Source: Myxococcales bacterium (GTDB lineage: Bacteria > Myxococcota_A > Polyangia > Fen-1088). From it: a stretch of DNA of 52,528 bases. Shown one piece after another: positions 50,078 through 52,528 of the stretch. Both the position numbers and the translations under genes were made by a program. The stretch lies in contig JAYUUT010000162.1 in NCBI GenBank assembly GCA_043754455.1, forward strand, positions 1 to 52,528, read 5' to 3'. Position 1 is the first letter of the stretch, and the number at the start of each line of letters is the position of its first letter. The notes under the pieces were generated by a model that had not been told where the DNA came from, did no database searches, and saw nothing but the letters and a program-made list of their open reading frames with translations.

Positions 50078-50845
50078 ATGACTGCCCCCCCCCTCGGCGG
50101 ACGGAGGATTCTGGTGACCCGGGCAGCTCATCAAGCCCGCCAATGGGAACCCACCTTGGTCGCCGCAGGTTACACCCCCATCTACCACCCGCTGATTCAC
50201 ATAGGACCGCCCGCCTCGTGGGCCCCGTTTGAGGCCGCCTGGGCTCTTCTGCCGACCTACGATTGGTTGATCTTCACCAGCGTCAACGCGGTCCGGTTCA
50301 GCCTGGAACGTTCGCTCCCTTCCGACCTTGAAACCCTTCGGTCTCGCCCGGCCATAGCGGCTGTCGGACCGTCGACCGCCCGATTTCTCCAGGACCTGGG
50401 CCTGCCCGTCGCCAAAATTCCAGACGACCCCCGACAGGAAGGCCTCATGGCAGCGTTCGATGCCCTTGCCGTGGGCACCAGGGTCCTTTTCCCACGTGCC
50501 GCCGTTGGCCGGGATGATCTTCCTCGTTATTTGACTTCACGCGGCTGCCTCGTTGACGTGGTCGCTGTCTGCGACACGCAACCCCTTTTGCCTGCGCCCC
50601 CCTTGCCCGACTACGACGTGGGTACCTTTGCCAGTTCCTCAGCCCTCCACGCTTTTGTCGCGGCTCATGGCACCGAGCCCCTCCTTGGGCGCCCCTTCGT
50701 TGCCATAGGGTCCACCACCGCAGCGACGGCCAGACAGCTTGGGCTGGACGCTACGGTTGCCCCTACGCCCGATGCGCGCGGCATCGTCGCAGCCCTCCAA
50801 TGCCTCGAAATCCCGTTATCGAAAACCGACCTAGGAGTCATTTGA
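50078..50845 (+). CDS. hemD: Uroporphyrinogen-III synthase
   Basis: [16 protein letters not shown]..., [14 protein letters not shown], two-lobed HEM4 pattern. The stop overlaps the hemB start (TGATG). Confidence 0.8.
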   Translation: MTAPPLGGRRILVTRAAHQARQWEPTLVAAGYTPIYHPLIHIGPPASWAPFEAAWALLPTYDWLIFTSVNAVRFSLERSLPSDLETLRSRPAIAAVGPSTARFLQDLGLPVAKIPDDPRQEGLMAAFDALAVGTRVLFPRAAVGRDDLPRYLTSRGCLVDVVAVCDTQPLLPAPPLPDYDVGTFASSSALHAFVAAHGTEPLLGRPFVAIGSTTAATARQLGLDATVAPTPDARGIVAALQCLEIPLSKTDLGVI

Positions 50846-51825
50846 TGTCATTCCCGGATAGCCGCCCCCGCCGTCTGCGCCGCACCAACGCCCTGCGCCG
50901 AATGGTGCGGGAAACCACCCTGTTACCAGACAATCTCATTTACCCGCTGTTCGTTGTCCCCGGCCAGGGCATCAAGCGGGAGATCCCGTCAATGCCCGGG
51001 CAGTATCACTTTTCCGTCGACCAGCTAGCCAACGAGGCCGAATCGATCGCTAAACTCGGCATTCCCGGAGTGATTCTTTTCGGCCTTCCCGAGACCAAAG
51101 ACCCCGTGGGCAGCGAGGCTTGGCATCCCGATGGCGTCGTTCAGCGCGCTCTTAAAGTCATCAAGAAGAACGTCCCTGATCTCAGCCTTGCCGTGGATAC
51201 CTGCTTCTGCGAATACACATCTCACGGACACTGCGGCGTTGTGTTGGACAAGATCCGGGGAGACGTCGACAACGACGCGACCCTAGAAAACCTTGGTCGC
51301 GCGGCCATTTCCTACGCCCAGGCGGGCGCCGACCTCGTCGCCCCATCCGGGATGATGGACGGCGTAATTGGCTTCCTTCGCGAATCCCTTGACGAAGCGG
51401 ATTTCGACCAGGTGGCCTTGTTATCTTACGCCGCCAAATACGCCTCTGCATTCTACGGACCTTTTCGCACCGCAGTCGATTCGACGCCCGCCCAGGGCGA
51501 TCGCCGTGGCTACCAGATGGATCCTGCCAACATTCGCGAGGCGGTGAGGGAGGTATCCCTCGATATCGAAGAAGGGGCGGACATCGTTATGGTCAAGCCA
51601 GCCCTGGCATATTTGGACGTCATCGCCGAAATCCGTCGTGAGTTTGACGCCCCCATCGCGGCGTACAACGTGTCCGGCGAATACGCGATGTTAAAGGCGG
51701 CGGCCGACAAGGGATGGATCAACTACGAGCAGGCAATGATCGAGACCCTCATCAGCATGCGCCGAGCGGGGGCGGATATCATCATAACGTATCACGCCAA
51801 GGAGGTCGTGCCGATGCTCAGGTAA
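50845..51825 (+). CDS. hemB: Porphobilinogen synthase (Zn-type Cys cluster)
   Basis: Start [24 protein letters not shown] at ATG 50845 after [19 protein letters not shown] metal site, IVMVKPA Schiff-base lysine region. Confidence 0.95.
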   Translation: MSFPDSRPRRLRRTNALRRMVRETTLLPDNLIYPLFVVPGQGIKREIPSMPGQYHFSVDQLANEAESIAKLGIPGVILFGLPETKDPVGSEAWHPDGVVQRALKVIKKNVPDLSLAVDTCFCEYTSHGHCGVVLDKIRGDVDNDATLENLGRAAISYAQAGADLVAPSGMMDGVIGFLRESLDEADFDQVALLSYAAKYASAFYGPFRTAVDSTPAQGDRRGYQMDPANIREAVREVSLDIEEGADIVMVKPALAYLDVIAEIRREFDAPIAAYNVSGEYAMLKAAADKGWINYEQAMIETLISMRRAGADIIITYHAKEVVPMLR

Positions 51826-51897
51826 GCGCGTCAAACGTCGCCCAAGAAAGGTCGCCGTTCCCTCAACGAAAAAAATGAACTTTCTTCGAACTTCGGG

Positions 51898-51925
51898 TTG
51901 ACGTTTTCCAAACCGCGAGTATCTT
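51898..51925 (+). promoter_or_regulatory. Candidate rRNA operon promoter with A/T-rich upstream tract
   Basis: TTGACG (51898-903), 16-nt spacer, TATCTT (51920-925). The upstream A/T-rich CAACGAAAAAAATGAACTTTCTTCGAACTT is UP-element-like. It lies about 220 nt before the mature 16S 5' end. Confidence 0.4.
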
Positions 51926-52146
51926 AGCCACCCCTCGACGAAACGACTTCGGTGACGAAAGTCGGACGGCGGGTGGGTCTCTGAAAGTTGAATAGCAAGC
52001 TGAGAAACGAACGGTTCGTTCTTCTCGAAGACGAATCGTAAGTCTGAAACCTTTGAGTTTATATTCGAGCAATGCAGTTGGAAAGCTTCAAAGAGCAATT
52101 CGACTCTACGTTGAAAATACACGCCGCGTAAGCGTCGTGAAAAGTT

Positions 52147-52528
<382 letters not shown>

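Overview
GC-rich bacterial chromosome segment covering the replication-origin neighbourhood. The left arm carries rpmH-rnpA-yidD-yidC on the minus strand and the right arm carries dnaA-dnaN-recF-gyrB on the plus strand. The 16S rRNA 5' end at the right edge, a CarD/CdnL regulator and a receiver-DUF4388 (PATAN-like) protein suggest a Myxococcota/deltaproteobacterial-type genome; this is inference only. Almost everything is core housekeeping: ftsQAZ, clpB, pyruvate carboxylase, uvrB, thiE, trmB, pepA, bioFD, rsmG, tsaD, rsmA, mutM, PIN-PhoH, hemD-hemB and the start of an rRNA operon. Gene packing is tight, with many 1-4 nt start/stop overlaps and overlapping convergent 3' ends. I saw no CRISPR array, no tRNA gene and no intact mobile element. 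The non-routine items are listed here. (1) A terminator-bracketed two-gene module between gyrB and carD encodes an LcrH/SycD-like TPR protein plus a 303-aa protein with a Ser-rich acid-free N-terminus and a very Met/Gln-rich C-terminal helix. It looks like an orphan chaperone/substrate pair. (2) Two copies of an 18-bp CACGTG-centred palindrome lie just upstream of bioF-bioD. (3) DnaA-box clusters lie on both sides of dnaA, with an AT-rich stretch in the dnaA-dnaN spacer and a terminator-like hairpin abutting the dnaA start. (4) About 600 bp upstream of the PIN-PhoH gene reads as protein-like in three different frames. (5) A small decay zone at the left end holds a frame-shifted ADH, an IS91-like transposase tail and a truncated c-type cytochrome, directly upstream of a detached ftsQAZ cluster. 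Product calls rest on motif recognition from the supplied translations. No database search was run.
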